A stretch of DNA of 47,775 bases from an uncultured bacterium (GCA_937885075.1 CAKZYZ010000354.1:1-47775); one strand, 5' to 3'. Shown: positions 28,087 through 38,928, numbered from the stretch's first letter. Notes: a model not told the origin generated them from the sequence alone. A program made the numbers and translations.

Positions 28087-28256
28087 ATCCACCACCGACC
28101 CTGTGTCGGTGGAGATGTGATTGATTACTACCACCATCCCCGCACCACCCCCCTCACCTCCCGCGCTGGAGGCGCGGGAGGTGAGGGGGTGAGGGGGAGA
28201 GATATCGTAAATTAGTTGTTAGTCATATCTCCACCGACACAGGGTCGGTGGTGGAT
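28087..28256. repeat. REPIN-like nested palindrome (34-bp outer inverted repeats, GC-rich inner hairpin)
   Basis: ATCCACCACCGACCCTGTGTCGGTGGAGATGTGA ... TCATATCTCCACCGACACAGGGTCGGTGGTGGAT (1 mismatch); inner CCCCCTCACCTCCCGCGC-TGGAG-GCGCGGGAGGTGAGGGGG. Confidence 0.85.
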
Positions 28257-28366
28257 AACAAAATCCAAAGAATTAAAGTGTTACGTTATCTGTTATTTCG
28301 AATTTAATCTCGACATATAAATAAAAATATAATTAGCATCTCTTCACCCAAAATGACTGAGAAACC

Positions 28367-29227
28367 CTACCGGTCAGTGCGTTTGTCGATCAGGTCGGCT
28401 ATCAGTCCCAGAGCCATGATCTGGACCGCCGTCATGGTGATCACGATGACGGTGATGTCCATCACCTGGGGGGTGAAGAATTTAGAGTAAATAAATACCA
28501 GGATTGCCAGGAGAAAGAGGATCAGGCTGAAGGGGATAAATATCTTTAAGGGGTTAAAGTAAAGACTGGTCCGCAGGATGAGATTGAGGAGGTTGAAGGT
28601 ATCCTGGATCGGCCGGAACTTGGATTTGCCGGTCCGTTTATTGTAATTGATGGGGATGTATTTAACCCGGTAATTGTTGCTTAGAAGAGCCACGGTAATC
28701 GTGGTGGTAAACGAAAAACCATTGGGGAGGATATTGAAAAACTTCAAGGCAACACTTCTCTTGAAGACCCGCAACCCCGAGTTCAGATCCGGAATCTTCA
28801 TCCCGACCAGGTAGTCCGCCATCTTCTTGAGCAGCCACTTGGGAAATCTCCGGTGGGGCGGGATAGCGACACTGCCGCCGGTCCGGGATCCGACCACCAT
28901 ATCATAATTATCAGCGGCCTTGATCAGGGCCGGGATCGCGTCCTGGGGGTAGGTCCCGTCCGCGTCCAGGATCAGAATATCATCATATTGCGCCTCTCTG
29001 ATCCCGTCTTTCAGGGAAGCGCCGTATCCCCGGTTGACCGGATGATCCAGGAGCGTCCCCCCCAGATCCTTCACGATCTCCCCGGTCCGGTCGGTAGATC
29101 CGTCGTTCACCACGATAATTTCAAATGCTATATCGAGTTTACGGAGAACCGCGGTAAGTTCTGAAATAACCCGCGCGATCCCATTCTCCTCGTTATAAGC
29201 GGGAATTATGGCTGAAATAGCTTTCAT
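28367..29227 (-). CDS. GT2 glycosyltransferase, polyprenol-phosphate sugar synthase (DPM1/ArnC-like) with C-terminal TMs
   Basis: IIPAYNEE, VNDGSTD, NRGYG, DADG, GSR, DLNSG, R.GKSK; ATG 29227. Confidence 0.9.
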   Translation of the reverse strand: MKAISAIIPAYNEENGIARVISELTAVLRKLDIAFEIIVVNDGSTDRTGEIVKDLGGTLLDHPVNRGYGASLKDGIREAQYDDILILDADGTYPQDAIPALIKAADNYDMVVGSRTGGSVAIPPHRRFPKWLLKKMADYLVGMKIPDLNSGLRVFKRSVALKFFNILPNGFSFTTTITVALLSNNYRVKYIPINYNKRTGKSKFRPIQDTFNLLNLILRTSLYFNPLKIFIPFSLILFLLAILVFIYSKFFTPQVMDITVIVITMTAVQIMALGLIADLIDKRTDR

Positions 29228-29388
29228 ATTGCGGTCATAATAATAACAACGCGTCTCTATTGTCAACTGATACTAACAGCATTTTCATATTGGTTGTAGG
29301 GATAGTTTTTGCTATTATTCATCAATAGTGTATCTACTTTCCCAAGACATAAAAATTGCCACGCCATCGGGGCTAATTTTATATAGAT

Positions 29389-30861
29389 ATGAAAAAGCTG
29401 GCATTCCTGGTTGTCATCCTGGCGACGGTTGTCATGTTTTATCGGATTAATAGATACCCCATCTCCTTCTCCATATATGAGGGCTTATCCGGATTAACAG
29501 CCACTAAGATTATCGAAGGTGACCGTGAGATAATCCAGAGGGTGTGGGAGAAGCCGATCAGGAACCAGTCGGGAGGTGGTGCTGGCATCGGGTCTGCCGA
29601 TAATGATATCTTCTATATCTTCCCTACCGTTTTGTTCATGGAATTATTCGGGGGTCGGGACAGTTATCTGCTCCTCAGGTTGACATCGATGATATACGGG
29701 ATCCTGTCGGTATGGGTTCTCTACCTGCTGGGTTCGAAGTTGTTCAATCGTACCGTGGGGGTGATCGCGGCTTTTCTCCTGGCCACCTCCTCCTGGGCGC
29801 TGGTCTATAGCCGGATCAGCTATGATGTGAGTGCCACCATTCTCTTTGCCCTGGTCTGTTTCTACCTTTACGCCGCGAGCGATCGTCCGAACAACCCGAT
29901 TGGCTACATGATATTAGGCGGATTAATGGGCCTGGCCACCTACTTCTATGTCCCGGTGAGGATTATTTTCCCGCTGGTGGTGGTAAACATGATATTAAGA
30001 ATGGTCATGGAGAGGGGATACTTCCGAACCCATTATCAGTATTTTATCCTCATGATCGCTTGTTTCATTCTTTCCCTCCACCTGCAGGGAGGAGATCTGA
30101 GCACCTATTTTGTTAAAAATGTGCCGCTGGGATTCGGGGCCTGGGCGAAAAGTAATAATATGTGGTCACAGCTGTGGTTAAACGTAACATCAGCCTATCG
30201 AGAATTGTTCGTGGAGTGGGGTTGGGGTCACAGCATCATCGCCGAACGGGGAGGTAGCTTTGATTTTATTACCGGGTATTGCCTGCTGGCGGGATTTCTC
30301 TGGTCGGTCTTCAATTTTAACAAGCAGCAGTACCGGTTCGTAATCATCTGGGTGCTGGCGGTAATGCTTCCTGCGATTATGACCACCGGTGAAGCCCGGC
30401 GCGCTATCCTGGCGACGACACCCATTTATCTTATTGCAGCCATCGGCATCTATTACCTGTTCTATTATCTCACAAAAAGGATGGGGCGCTTTCGGGAACC
30501 GGTGATGGCTATCCTGGTCCTGGTGGTTATCCTGCCGGCGGGATACCTGAACCTGAAAAATTACTTCGGGTTATACGAAAAAGCGTATCGCGATCCGCAT
30601 AATATCTTTGTGAAATATCGCGATCAGCGGGTCAAGCTTGTTAGGCTGATGAAAGACTCAAAAGTTTACACCGATCTATTCCGGGCGGAACTGGGTTGGC
30701 CCCAGGGAATCGAGTATGAGGCCCGACGGCTCGGTTTCAAAAAAGACCGGTATGAACTTCTTCCCCCGAATCTAGCCCGGGAAAATTTTAACCGGGCTCC
30801 CCCTCCCTGTGCTTTATACCTGAGCAGTGGAGAATTGAAGGTGAAAGAAATTAAGCCGTGA
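29389..30861 (+). CDS. ArnT/PMT-like GT-C membrane glycosyltransferase
   Basis: Multiple TMs; SIYEG loop, LRLTS..YG, AAFLLATS.W...YSR, GLATYFY.P. Confidence 0.75.
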   Translation: MKKLAFLVVILATVVMFYRINRYPISFSIYEGLSGLTATKIIEGDREIIQRVWEKPIRNQSGGGAGIGSADNDIFYIFPTVLFMELFGGRDSYLLLRLTSMIYGILSVWVLYLLGSKLFNRTVGVIAAFLLATSSWALVYSRISYDVSATILFALVCFYLYAASDRPNNPIGYMILGGLMGLATYFYVPVRIIFPLVVVNMILRMVMERGYFRTHYQYFILMIACFILSLHLQGGDLSTYFVKNVPLGFGAWAKSNNMWSQLWLNVTSAYRELFVEWGWGHSIIAERGGSFDFITGYCLLAGFLWSVFNFNKQQYRFVIIWVLAVMLPAIMTTGEARRAILATTPIYLIAAIGIYYLFYYLTKRMGRFREPVMAILVLVVILPAGYLNLKNYFGLYEKAYRDPHNIFVKYRDQRVKLVRLMKDSKVYTDLFRAELGWPQGIEYEARRLGFKKDRYELLPPNLARENFNRAPPPCALYLSSGELKVKEIKP

Positions 30862-30889
30862 TATGCCGGGACCTCTCTTTTCCCGTATA

Positions 30890-33049
30890 TCAAGGGAGAG
30901 CGGGGGAGAGGACCGTGTAATAGATCCAAGGGGCACAATCCTGTGATTTCTCTATAACCGCCCCGGTTCCAAACTTCTCCTCGAATACCGGCACCAGTTC
31001 TTTCTGTTCGAAGATAAACCCGGCCCGGGGGATGACTGCTCCCACCTGGCTGAAAATCTCCGGGAGTTCTTGGGTCGAGATGTAACCGTAATTTTTCATT
31101 AACCCGTCTCCCGGTTTGCCCGGCCGGGGATAGTCCTCCGGGATGTGATAATGCAGCGCCCGGACTTTCGGGTAGGTGATAAAATCGATTATCCGGTTCT
31201 GGAGATAGAGCGGAAAACTCCCTCGGACGATAAAGAAATAATATTGGTCAAGATGATCCCGGATAAACTCTCCGGATTCCCTTCGCATCCGGCAGACCCG
31301 ATACTCCCAGTGGGGGGATAGGAAGGTGATATAAAAGCTCCCGGCCAGGAATAAGAGGATGAGGGGGAATATAACAATTCCGGCGGTGATCCGATCCGGC
31401 AGTCGCCCCTTTTTCAGCAATCCCCGGGCCAGGAGATAGAAGGGGAGCGCGGTAAAGTAGGAAAATGAGGGGATTATCAGCATGAGATGGCGGAGACTGG
31501 CTTTATCCTGAAAGGTGGCAAAGATAATCTGGGGGATAAAGGCGGTAAAAAAGAGAATAATAAAGAAGAAGTTCAGGTCTTTTTTCCACTTAAAGAGACT
31601 GTAAAAAAATCCCATCACGAAGAAAGGAAAGAGCAGGGGATTGATAAAAGGGAGTTTGGGGGGGAGGAGGAATTCATGATGAGAATGGAGGAAGAGATAC
31701 CGGAATGATTTTTGTATATTTTCGATCAGATATTTCCCTGTCCAATGATAATTTATCTCAGCGGTATAGGTTGATTGAGGACCTTCCCGCTGCCAGATGA
31801 AATTTTTCGCCTGTTTCCCGGTACCGAGGAGCCATTCCCCCGGTCCCAGTCCGCTTAGAACTGAGATCAACAGGATGATCAGGATGAAGAGGGTCAGACT
31901 GACCCAGTGCCGCTTGAGGAATTCTTTCGTCAGGATAATCTGATGGAGAATCAGGCCGGCGGAGACCAGCAACATGATCTTTCCCACCATATAGAAGAGC
32001 CAGTAACAGGCCAGGCCGATCCCGGCGATAAAAAAGTACCGCCACCGTCGTGATTCAAATGCCTTGAGCAGCAGCCATCCGATAATAATAGCATAAAGCG
32101 GGGTGAGAGAGAGGGCCAGTCCGGCCCGGCTGATAACAATATGCCAGGTTGAGATGGCCATGAAGAAGGCGGATAGAAGCGCGAGAAGGCGGGATCCCCG
32201 CTGACGGACCAGTCCGTAGCTGGCCGCGATGGTTATGACCCCGAAGAGAGCCGATAATGAGCGGAGGGTGATTATACTGACCCCGAAGATCCGGAAAAAG
32301 AGGGCCAGGGGGAAGGCGAAGAAGGGAACACTGTAGGTGTTCATGATCGGCCGGGCGATAAAACTCCAGAGAAGAGGATGATAAGCCCGGTTCCCCTCCA
32401 TGATCTCAATCCCGGAAAGGCCGGTAGTCCCTTCGTAATCGAGCAGCGCCGCCGGCTGGAGGTCCAGCTGGTAAAACCGGAGAATAAAGCCGAGGACCAG
32501 GATTACTCCCAGTCCGATTATGGCGCCTCGCCGACTTAACGGCGGTGCCGCGGATTGATTATTCCTTTCCCTCCATCCGGCCGCGAGGACCAGGCCCGTT
32601 CCCAGAGCGCAGAGTATCCAGTAATTTAAAGGATGGAGTTCTCCCCAGAAAGTAAGGGCCAGTAATCCGGCCCCCACCCCCAGCCAGGAAGCTATGACTC
32701 CCCCGGATAATTTTTTATCCCGGATAATCAGGAGAAGGGCCCCGATGATAAAAACTGCTGATAAAATAATCCGTATCCGGTCCGGCGGATTGACTGCGGC
32801 ATTAAGGAGATCTTCTCCCAGGGTGGAGAGAGGTTTCACTAAAGGAGAGATAAATGCAAGTGCCCCCTTACCCCCCGGGGTAGCGGTGAGATTCACCAGC
32901 AGGAGAAGTCCGAAGGTCAGCAGGGCCGTGGAGAGTGACCCGGCCAGAATAATCATCAATCTTTTCCGCCGCGGTGATCGCCGGTCCAGAAGCCGGATCC
33001 CTACCCCGGTCAGTATTACCGCGGCAATAATTAATATGGCGTGGAGCAT
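30890..33049 (-). CDS. ArnT/PMT-like GT-C membrane glycosyltransferase
   Basis: LRFYQL...LDYEG, FGVS..TLR..SA.FG, AIS.WH...SR; many TMs. Confidence 0.78.
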   Translation of the reverse strand: MLHAILIIAAVILTGVGIRLLDRRSPRRKRLMIILAGSLSTALLTFGLLLLVNLTATPGGKGALAFISPLVKPLSTLGEDLLNAAVNPPDRIRIILSAVFIIGALLLIIRDKKLSGGVIASWLGVGAGLLALTFWGELHPLNYWILCALGTGLVLAAGWRERNNQSAAPPLSRRGAIIGLGVILVLGFILRFYQLDLQPAALLDYEGTTGLSGIEIMEGNRAYHPLLWSFIARPIMNTYSVPFFAFPLALFFRIFGVSIITLRSLSALFGVITIAASYGLVRQRGSRLLALLSAFFMAISTWHIVISRAGLALSLTPLYAIIIGWLLLKAFESRRWRYFFIAGIGLACYWLFYMVGKIMLLVSAGLILHQIILTKEFLKRHWVSLTLFILIILLISVLSGLGPGEWLLGTGKQAKNFIWQREGPQSTYTAEINYHWTGKYLIENIQKSFRYLFLHSHHEFLLPPKLPFINPLLFPFFVMGFFYSLFKWKKDLNFFFIILFFTAFIPQIIFATFQDKASLRHLMLIIPSFSYFTALPFYLLARGLLKKGRLPDRITAGIVIFPLILLFLAGSFYITFLSPHWEYRVCRMRRESGEFIRDHLDQYYFFIVRGSFPLYLQNRIIDFITYPKVRALHYHIPEDYPRPGKPGDGLMKNYGYISTQELPEIFSQVGAVIPRAGFIFEQKELVPVFEEKFGTGAVIEKSQDCAPWIYYTVLSPALP

Positions 33050-33194
33050 GAGAATTTAGCTTAGCAAGTTATTAAACCGCGAATCTCGCGAATCTTCGCC
33101 GTATAGAATCGCTCAATTTAGGTTTAATATTTACTCGCGATGTTGATTTGATTTTTTAAAACTGATGAATAGAGCTATAATTTATCCTTAATTC

Positions 33195-33336
33195 GTGTCT
33201 GAACGAAAACCCCGAAAACTAAGTCATTGCGAGGAGGAACGACGAAGCAATCTGCTTTGTTTGTGAGGAGATTGCTTCGTCGCTCTGCTCCTCGCAATGA
33301 CAAATTAAATGAAAATCGGGGTTTTCGGTCAGACAC
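33195..33336. mobile_element. 142-bp MITE-like element carrying a GTCATTGCGAG-type palindrome
   Basis: 21-bp TIRs GTGTCTGAACGAAAACCCCGA / TCGGGGTTTTCGGTCAGACAC (1 mismatch), flanked by TAATTC / TAATTA; inner hairpin 33223-33301. Confidence 0.8.
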
Positions 33337-33349
33337 TAATTATATTTAA

Positions 33350-35502
33350 CTATTGATTGATCTTATTTTTACGGAGAAAAAACAAGATTATCCGATTTTC
33401 ATCATCTTTAAACTCTTCTATCTGTCCATCGGGATCATATTTTTTCGCCTGATCTAATATTTCGCGATTCTCCGGGGAGTTGGCGATTATCAATCCGTAA
33501 TCGGGCTGCTTCTCCTTCCAGGTCCGGATAATAGTAGCAAAATCACCCTGACTCCGGTAGCGATAGAATGGATTCGTCCCCGGGATTTGCGGCTTTTATT
33601 GGCGTCGGCGGAGTAAAAATACTTATAAAGTTTTTTCACTTCGGGATAGGTAATAAAATCGATCACCTGGGGCGCGAAGATTGGGTGGCGCTTCATAATG
33701 ATATCCAGTCGATATCCTTCCCGGATCAGTTCGCTGATCTTCTCCCCGAATTCTCTCTCTCCCGGGTAGTAGCCCGAGGCGGAACTGGGAGTCTGAAAAT
33801 AGAGGCCGAGATTTGAGATGAAGATCAGGGAGAGAACTATGCTCAGTCCTATCCTGCCGGAGACGCGTATAAATTTATTCCGGCTTGCCGCCGGAAAGGA
33901 GAAAATATATTCCAACGCGCCCGCCGCCAGGATCGCGACTACGGGGAGAAGTAGAATACCCCTGCGGGGAACCCCCTGTTCGACCCGGGGGGCATTCATG
34001 ATCATGGGGAGGATGGCAAAGGCCAGCCAGACCAGTAAAAATACGCTACCGGTTTTCTTCCGGGTTCCGCCGGCATTCCCGATCCCGATAAGGAACAGGA
34101 GGAAGACCGCCCGGTTGATCAACGGCGCCCGGGGGGCAGGAAAATAGCGCCCTTCATTTTGATAGAAAAAATGGTTGAGCAGATTCCGGAGGTTCTGCTG
34201 GAGATGATCGAGGCAGACCCCCGGCTCAAACTCTCCCGCTTTAGTCTCATAACCGACAAATCCGGCGCCGCCCCGGTGCGCGGAGAGCTGTTTCAGTGGA
34301 TCGGAGAAACCGGCCGAGAAAATAAAGTATATCAGGAGAAAAAGCAGAAATCCCGCGGCCTGCGCGCGGAAGAACTTGCGGTTGAGTACCGCCTGATAGA
34401 TCCAGGTAATGATTATGATGGGGAGGATAATCTTAACCGGGAGATAGAAGTAGTTGTTAAGGCCCAGAACCATCCCCAGAATCGGATAGAAGATCTGACT
34501 CTTCTTGAGGGCGAGAAAGAAGAGCAGGAACGCTCCGGCGGTATAAAAGACGGTCAGGCTGGAATAATTACCCAGCCGGGCGACAGTGAGATACCAGGGC
34601 GAGAAGGCCAGGAGAAAGGCGGCCAATGCGGCCCGCCGATGACCGAAGAGGAGACGGGTAAGATAGTAGATGATGATTAAACTTCCCAACGCCCAGAAGA
34701 CTCCGGCAGTCCGGAGTGTGAAGATAGAAACCCCGCCGATCTTAAAAAGACCGGCCAGAAAATAGACAAAGAAAGGGGATGTGCGTGAATCGGCATAGGA
34801 ACGCTCCCAGAAACCCCAGATAACCTGCTCATAAATCGGATCGCCTTCCGTGATCTGGATCGCGGCCAGGCCGCTTCCCGCTTCGTAGTCCGAGAACCGG
34901 GAAGGAATCTCCGCCAGCCGGTAGAGATAAGTTATCAGGGCTATTGACAGGATGAGGAGCAGCCCCCACCTGCGGATAACGGAATCGGGGTTGTTGAATT
35001 GTGTTCTTCTCTGACTATAATTTACGATCGAGATGGCCGCTCCCGTAATGGATAGCAGCAGACAGAGGAATGTCTGAATGGAGAGGTTTTTCTCCGCCAG
35101 GAGCAGCCCCCCTCTCAAAGCCAGCGCCAGGCTGAAGGTCAGCCAGAAGACTGCCCAACCCTCCTTTCTCTTCCAGACCAGGGCTGAAATTCCGATCAGG
35201 AAGAGTACCGGGAGAGATAACACCATCAGAGCGGTCCCGTATGAAGCGGCGAACTGCTTGAGCAGGTTATCGATCTGAAAGAGAGACTGAAAGAGCGGCC
35301 GAAAGAAGGAGAGCGAATTATCTCCAATCCGTATAGCCAGGAGAAATATAACCAGGAGAGAGATGGTATAAATCCCGATCAGGAGGTATTCCCGCGGGTT
35401 AATCTGGCTCCGTCTCCATTTCAGGAATATCCCTCCGCCAATCAGGAGAAGGGCGATAACGAAAAGCCAGATATGTTGAGCAAGGAGTACAGGCAAATTC
35501 AA
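33350..35502 (-). CDS. ArnT/PMT-like GT-C membrane glycosyltransferase with a late frameshift
   Basis: LYRL...SDYEA, TLR, SPWY...AR motifs. Track ORF stops at 33490, but an alternative frame from ~33595 to TAG 33350 encodes ILDQAKKYDPDGQIEEFKDDENR, matching the paralog C-terminus LEQLRERFGRGRLEEYKDKFNR. Confidence 0.72.
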
Positions 35503-35641
35503 TCCCCCAGATCTTATCCCTCGCCTTTGGCTTGGGCAACTTTAACAGCTTAGGAAATCATGAAATCAGGAAGTGATTCTCCCCCAACCTGCCCCCACTT
35601 ATGGGGCAGAACCATTGCCCCCACCTTCTCCCTCTTCTTAT

Positions 35642-35953
35642 GACAGGACCATTGCAGTCAGGACTATTAGCCTCGCCTCGGCCTTTATTTCTCTTTGCCG
35701 TTAATAGTCCTGTCTGCAATCGTCCTGTCTTAAGTCTTTTTCCGTTAATGGTCCTGTCTGCAATCGTCCTGTCTTAAGTCTTTTTGCCGTTAATGGTCCT
35801 GTCTGCAATCGTCCTGTCTTAAGTCTTTTTCCGTTAATGGTCCTGTCTGCAATCGTCCTGTCTTAATTCTTTTTGCCTTTAATGGTCCTGTCTGCAATCG
35901 TCCTGTCTTAAGTCTTTTTGCCGTTAATAGTCCTGTCTGCAATCGTCCTGTCT
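35642..35953 (-). repeat. Six tandem 44-45-bp units plus inverted arm; empty GxxExxY-type site
   Basis: CCGTTAATRGTCCTGTCTGCAATCGTCCTGTCTTAAGTCTTTTT(G) x6 from ~35698; inverted GACAGGACCATTGCAGTCAGGACTATT-AGCCTCGCCTCGGCC at 35642-35683. Confidence 0.92.
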
Positions 35954-36046
35954 CAAATTTTTTCGTCTATTGGATATTCCTTGTTGAATATTGGATATGT
36001 AGTTCCCCGTTCCCAATCCCCATTCCCCAAATTTGTGCCAAAGGCG

Positions 36047-38137
36047 CTAATTTAAAAATAATGTCACCGCCCGCCTGCGGTTGAATTTGTCCTTGTACTC
36101 CTCAAGCCTCCCCCGTCCGAATCTCTCCCGGAGTTGCTCCAGATCGGAGCGGGATACTTTCCCGGAGGCGCAGACCAGGGCGGCCGGCAGTCGGGATGAG
36201 ATATCTTCCCATTTTAAGTTCCTTATCTGTTCGGGGGTGACATACTTGAACCCCCTGCTCCCGCGTCCCCTGGTTTCGTAAAGAATGAAGCTGAGTGTTT
36301 TGCGGCTCAGATCATTGATCGGGACCAGGTAGAGATAGTAATCTTTGATCAGGTCTTTGGCGTACTCATCATAGAACCTCTCTTCTTCCCAGCGCCCAGC
36401 CGGTTCGCTACTGTTAAAATATACCCGCGAGTTATCCGCTCCCACCGTGAGGAGGACCGCGATAATCGGTACCGCCGCCAGACCGGTCCCGATCCTCCCC
36501 CCTAGTCTCCCGGATTGTCTTAAGAGTTGCGAGAGCGGAATTGCCGCCAGACAATAGATAAAAGGCCAGGAAACCATCAACCGCCGGACCATAACCGGGG
36601 GGCGGGAGAGGAGATTGGGGATTAAGAAAGCGGCGGCAAAGAAGAGGAGGAGGCGGTAGTTCGCCTTTTTGATTCGGGAGAGGCTGAAGGCAATTCCCAG
36701 AAGAAATAGCGGAGGGATGAGCGGATTGAAATAGAGATTACCCCGGGGCCAGGGGTCGTAGTTGAACTTTCGATCGACAAAGAAGCTATAGATAAGTTTC
36801 TCCAGATTCTCCTGAACCAGGGGAATCCCGCGGATATAATCGGCTTCCGGAGTGTACCGGTGTCCCTGGGTCCGGTGCCAGACCGACTCATATCCGGCAA
36901 ACTTCGGCGCCATTACGTCCCAGGCGGGGATATTGAGCGTGGTCATCAGGATGATCACCGTGAGAACCAGTATAATAATTCCTATCAGGTTCTGCCGGAA
37001 CCATCTCCGTTTAAATATGCTGTAACAGATGATCACAACCGCGGCGAGGAGAACTGGATATTTAGCCGGGGAATAAAAATATCCCGCGAAAGAGACGGAT
37101 ATTCCCAGCAGAAGATAAGAGATAAGTTTACCACGGAGGAGAGCGCGGAGCAGAAGATAGACCACCAGGAGGCTTATCGCCTGGGTGGATATCAGGAGTA
37201 GTCCGGTCCGGCTGTAGTTAATATGGAGAGGGGATACTGCCAGGAGAAAGACTGTAATCAGTGCTAATCTTCGGCTGAAGAGAGTCGATACGATTCCGTA
37301 GGTGAGAAGGAGCGCGAAGATCCCCCAGGTCACCGCGACCATCTTTAAGGTAATCAGGGTTGCCCCGAATAGCTGAAAGAATAGAGCCGTATAATAGACA
37401 TAGACCGGGGAATAGTTTAGATGTCCCAACCCTCTCCAGATGGTTGATCTCCAGAGGTTGACATTGTGATGTCCGGAGAGAACCGAGAGCGCCTCCCGTC
37501 CGTAATCGGATTCGTAGTGGTCGAAACGATAGGATATCTCTCCCAGTTGATAGCTTCTCAGAAAGAATCCCAGGAGAATAATCAGAGCGAGGATGATGGC
37601 CGCGGTCATCCAATTAAGCTGGGCAAATTTTGTCTTTCTGCCGATCAGTCCGCTACTCCAGCCATAGAGGAAGGAGATTCCCAGAAAGAAGTAGGCCTGT
37701 CCCATCACCCCATGGCTGAGGGATAACCCTCCTAATAAGGCGGTTCCCAGGGAGAAGAGGAGGAGTATCAGAGGGTAGGATTCTTTTTTCTTGAAGATGG
37801 TTGTAAAAAGGGTGGTAACCAGAATCAGGGAGAGGAAGATGATGGTTATGACCCGGGAGTGGAGCGGGAGCCATCCGGAGAGAAGGCGACCCAGGGCAAT
37901 GGCGGGAACTATTAGGGATCCCATCACTTTTTCCGCCGGGAAAGTGAAAACTCCGGTAACGGAACCCATCAGGAGCAGTATAATCAGACCGGTCAGGAGA
38001 AAAATAATGCTCCGAACCAGATTTTTTCGATACCGCTCCGCCCGGAAGAACCCCTTCAGATGCAGTCCGAGCAAGATAAATATCACCCCGCCCGCGATGA
38101 GAATATAACGGACTATGGTGGGTAGTATGCCAATCAT
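36047..38137 (-). CDS. ArnT/PMT-like GT-C membrane glycosyltransferase
   Basis: LRSYQL...DHYES, FG..LITLK, AVSPLH..YSR, YFYSP; paralog of neighbours. Confidence 0.78.
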   Translation of the reverse strand: MIGILPTIVRYILIAGGVIFILLGLHLKGFFRAERYRKNLVRSIIFLLTGLIILLLMGSVTGVFTFPAEKVMGSLIVPAIALGRLLSGWLPLHSRVITIIFLSLILVTTLFTTIFKKKESYPLILLLFSLGTALLGGLSLSHGVMGQAYFFLGISFLYGWSSGLIGRKTKFAQLNWMTAAIILALIILLGFFLRSYQLGEISYRFDHYESDYGREALSVLSGHHNVNLWRSTIWRGLGHLNYSPVYVYYTALFFQLFGATLITLKMVAVTWGIFALLLTYGIVSTLFSRRLALITVFLLAVSPLHINYSRTGLLLISTQAISLLVVYLLLRALLRGKLISYLLLGISVSFAGYFYSPAKYPVLLAAVVIICYSIFKRRWFRQNLIGIIILVLTVIILMTTLNIPAWDVMAPKFAGYESVWHRTQGHRYTPEADYIRGIPLVQENLEKLIYSFFVDRKFNYDPWPRGNLYFNPLIPPLFLLGIAFSLSRIKKANYRLLLFFAAAFLIPNLLSRPPVMVRRLMVSWPFIYCLAAIPLSQLLRQSGRLGGRIGTGLAAVPIIAVLLTVGADNSRVYFNSSEPAGRWEEERFYDEYAKDLIKDYYLYLVPINDLSRKTLSFILYETRGRGSRGFKYVTPEQIRNLKWEDISSRLPAALVCASGKVSRSDLEQLRERFGRGRLEEYKDKFNRRRAVTLFLN

Positions 38138-38235
38138 AATGCCCTTATCGTTGCCTGTTTAACTTTGGTCATTTTTCGGAGACACAAATCTACTTCTGAT
38201 ATTTCCCTATAATGATGGCCAATGCTTGCAAGATC

Positions 38236-38928
38236 TTATTTTTGCGCAGCAAAAATAAGATTGGTGAAAGCCGGACCGGCGGAACGGGAGTTCTTTCCGT
38301 CGATGATATAGAAGAATCGCCCCTCCAGGGGGAAATTTTCCCGGGGCCATTCTCCGTTCCCCCGGAAAGTGACGGTATTGTTATCAGACGGCCAGCTACT
38401 CCCGACAAATAAACTCTTTTCACCGGTTGAAAATGTAAATGAACTCCATGCCCCGGCTTTTTCTCCGGTAAGAAATTTAGACTCAGCGATTTTTTTATCC
38501 GGTTTCCCGTCGCCATTGGTATCGGCATAAGCGATGATATTAAATCCTCCCTCATCTCCCGCCGCGCCATGAGCCATCTCCACCGTAATCTCTTCCCCGG
38601 ATAGATATTCCGGCTTTACGGCCCAGACCCAGTGCCGGTAACTTTCCCCGGGACGATAGACGGATGTGGTCAGCATCTTACCGTCATTCTGAATATTTCT
38701 AAGTTGTTTGGGAGGGTGGGATCTTTGAGGAGGCGGCATCCTTTCCGACTCTCCTTTCTTTGCCGGGGAAGATTCTCCCCGAAAGAATGACTGGATAGAA
38801 CTGATGAAAGGATAGGGGGCATTTTGAGGGAATACCGGACTGATACAGTCATAGATTACCCCCAGAAATATAAGTACCCCCAGCCAGATAAGAACCGTCC
38901 CCGCGAATTCACGATTGAAGATCTTCAT
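38236..38928 (-). CDS. Membrane-anchored/exported protein consisting of an unrecognised DxxxDG-loop beta domain
   Basis: N-terminal hydrophobic segment; AH...G.EGGF.I.AYADTNGDGKPD...SKFL...G.WS...FVGSSW shared with the C-termini of 39225-41300 and 41524-43719. Confidence 0.7.
   Translation of the reverse strand: MKIFNREFAGTVLIWLGVLIFLGVIYDCISPVFPQNAPYPFISSIQSFFRGESSPAKKGESERMPPPQRSHPPKQLRNIQNDGKMLTTSVYRPGESYRHWVWAVKPEYLSGEEITVEMAHGAAGDEGGFNIIAYADTNGDGKPDKKIAESKFLTGEKAGAWSSFTFSTGEKSLFVGSSWPSDNNTVTFRGNGEWPRENFPLEGRFFYIIDGKNSRSAGPAFTNLIFAAQK

Noticed and set aside
35698-35953. Possible CRISPR array
   Set aside because: Units are contiguous near-identical tandem copies with no unique spacers, and there are no cas genes in the window.
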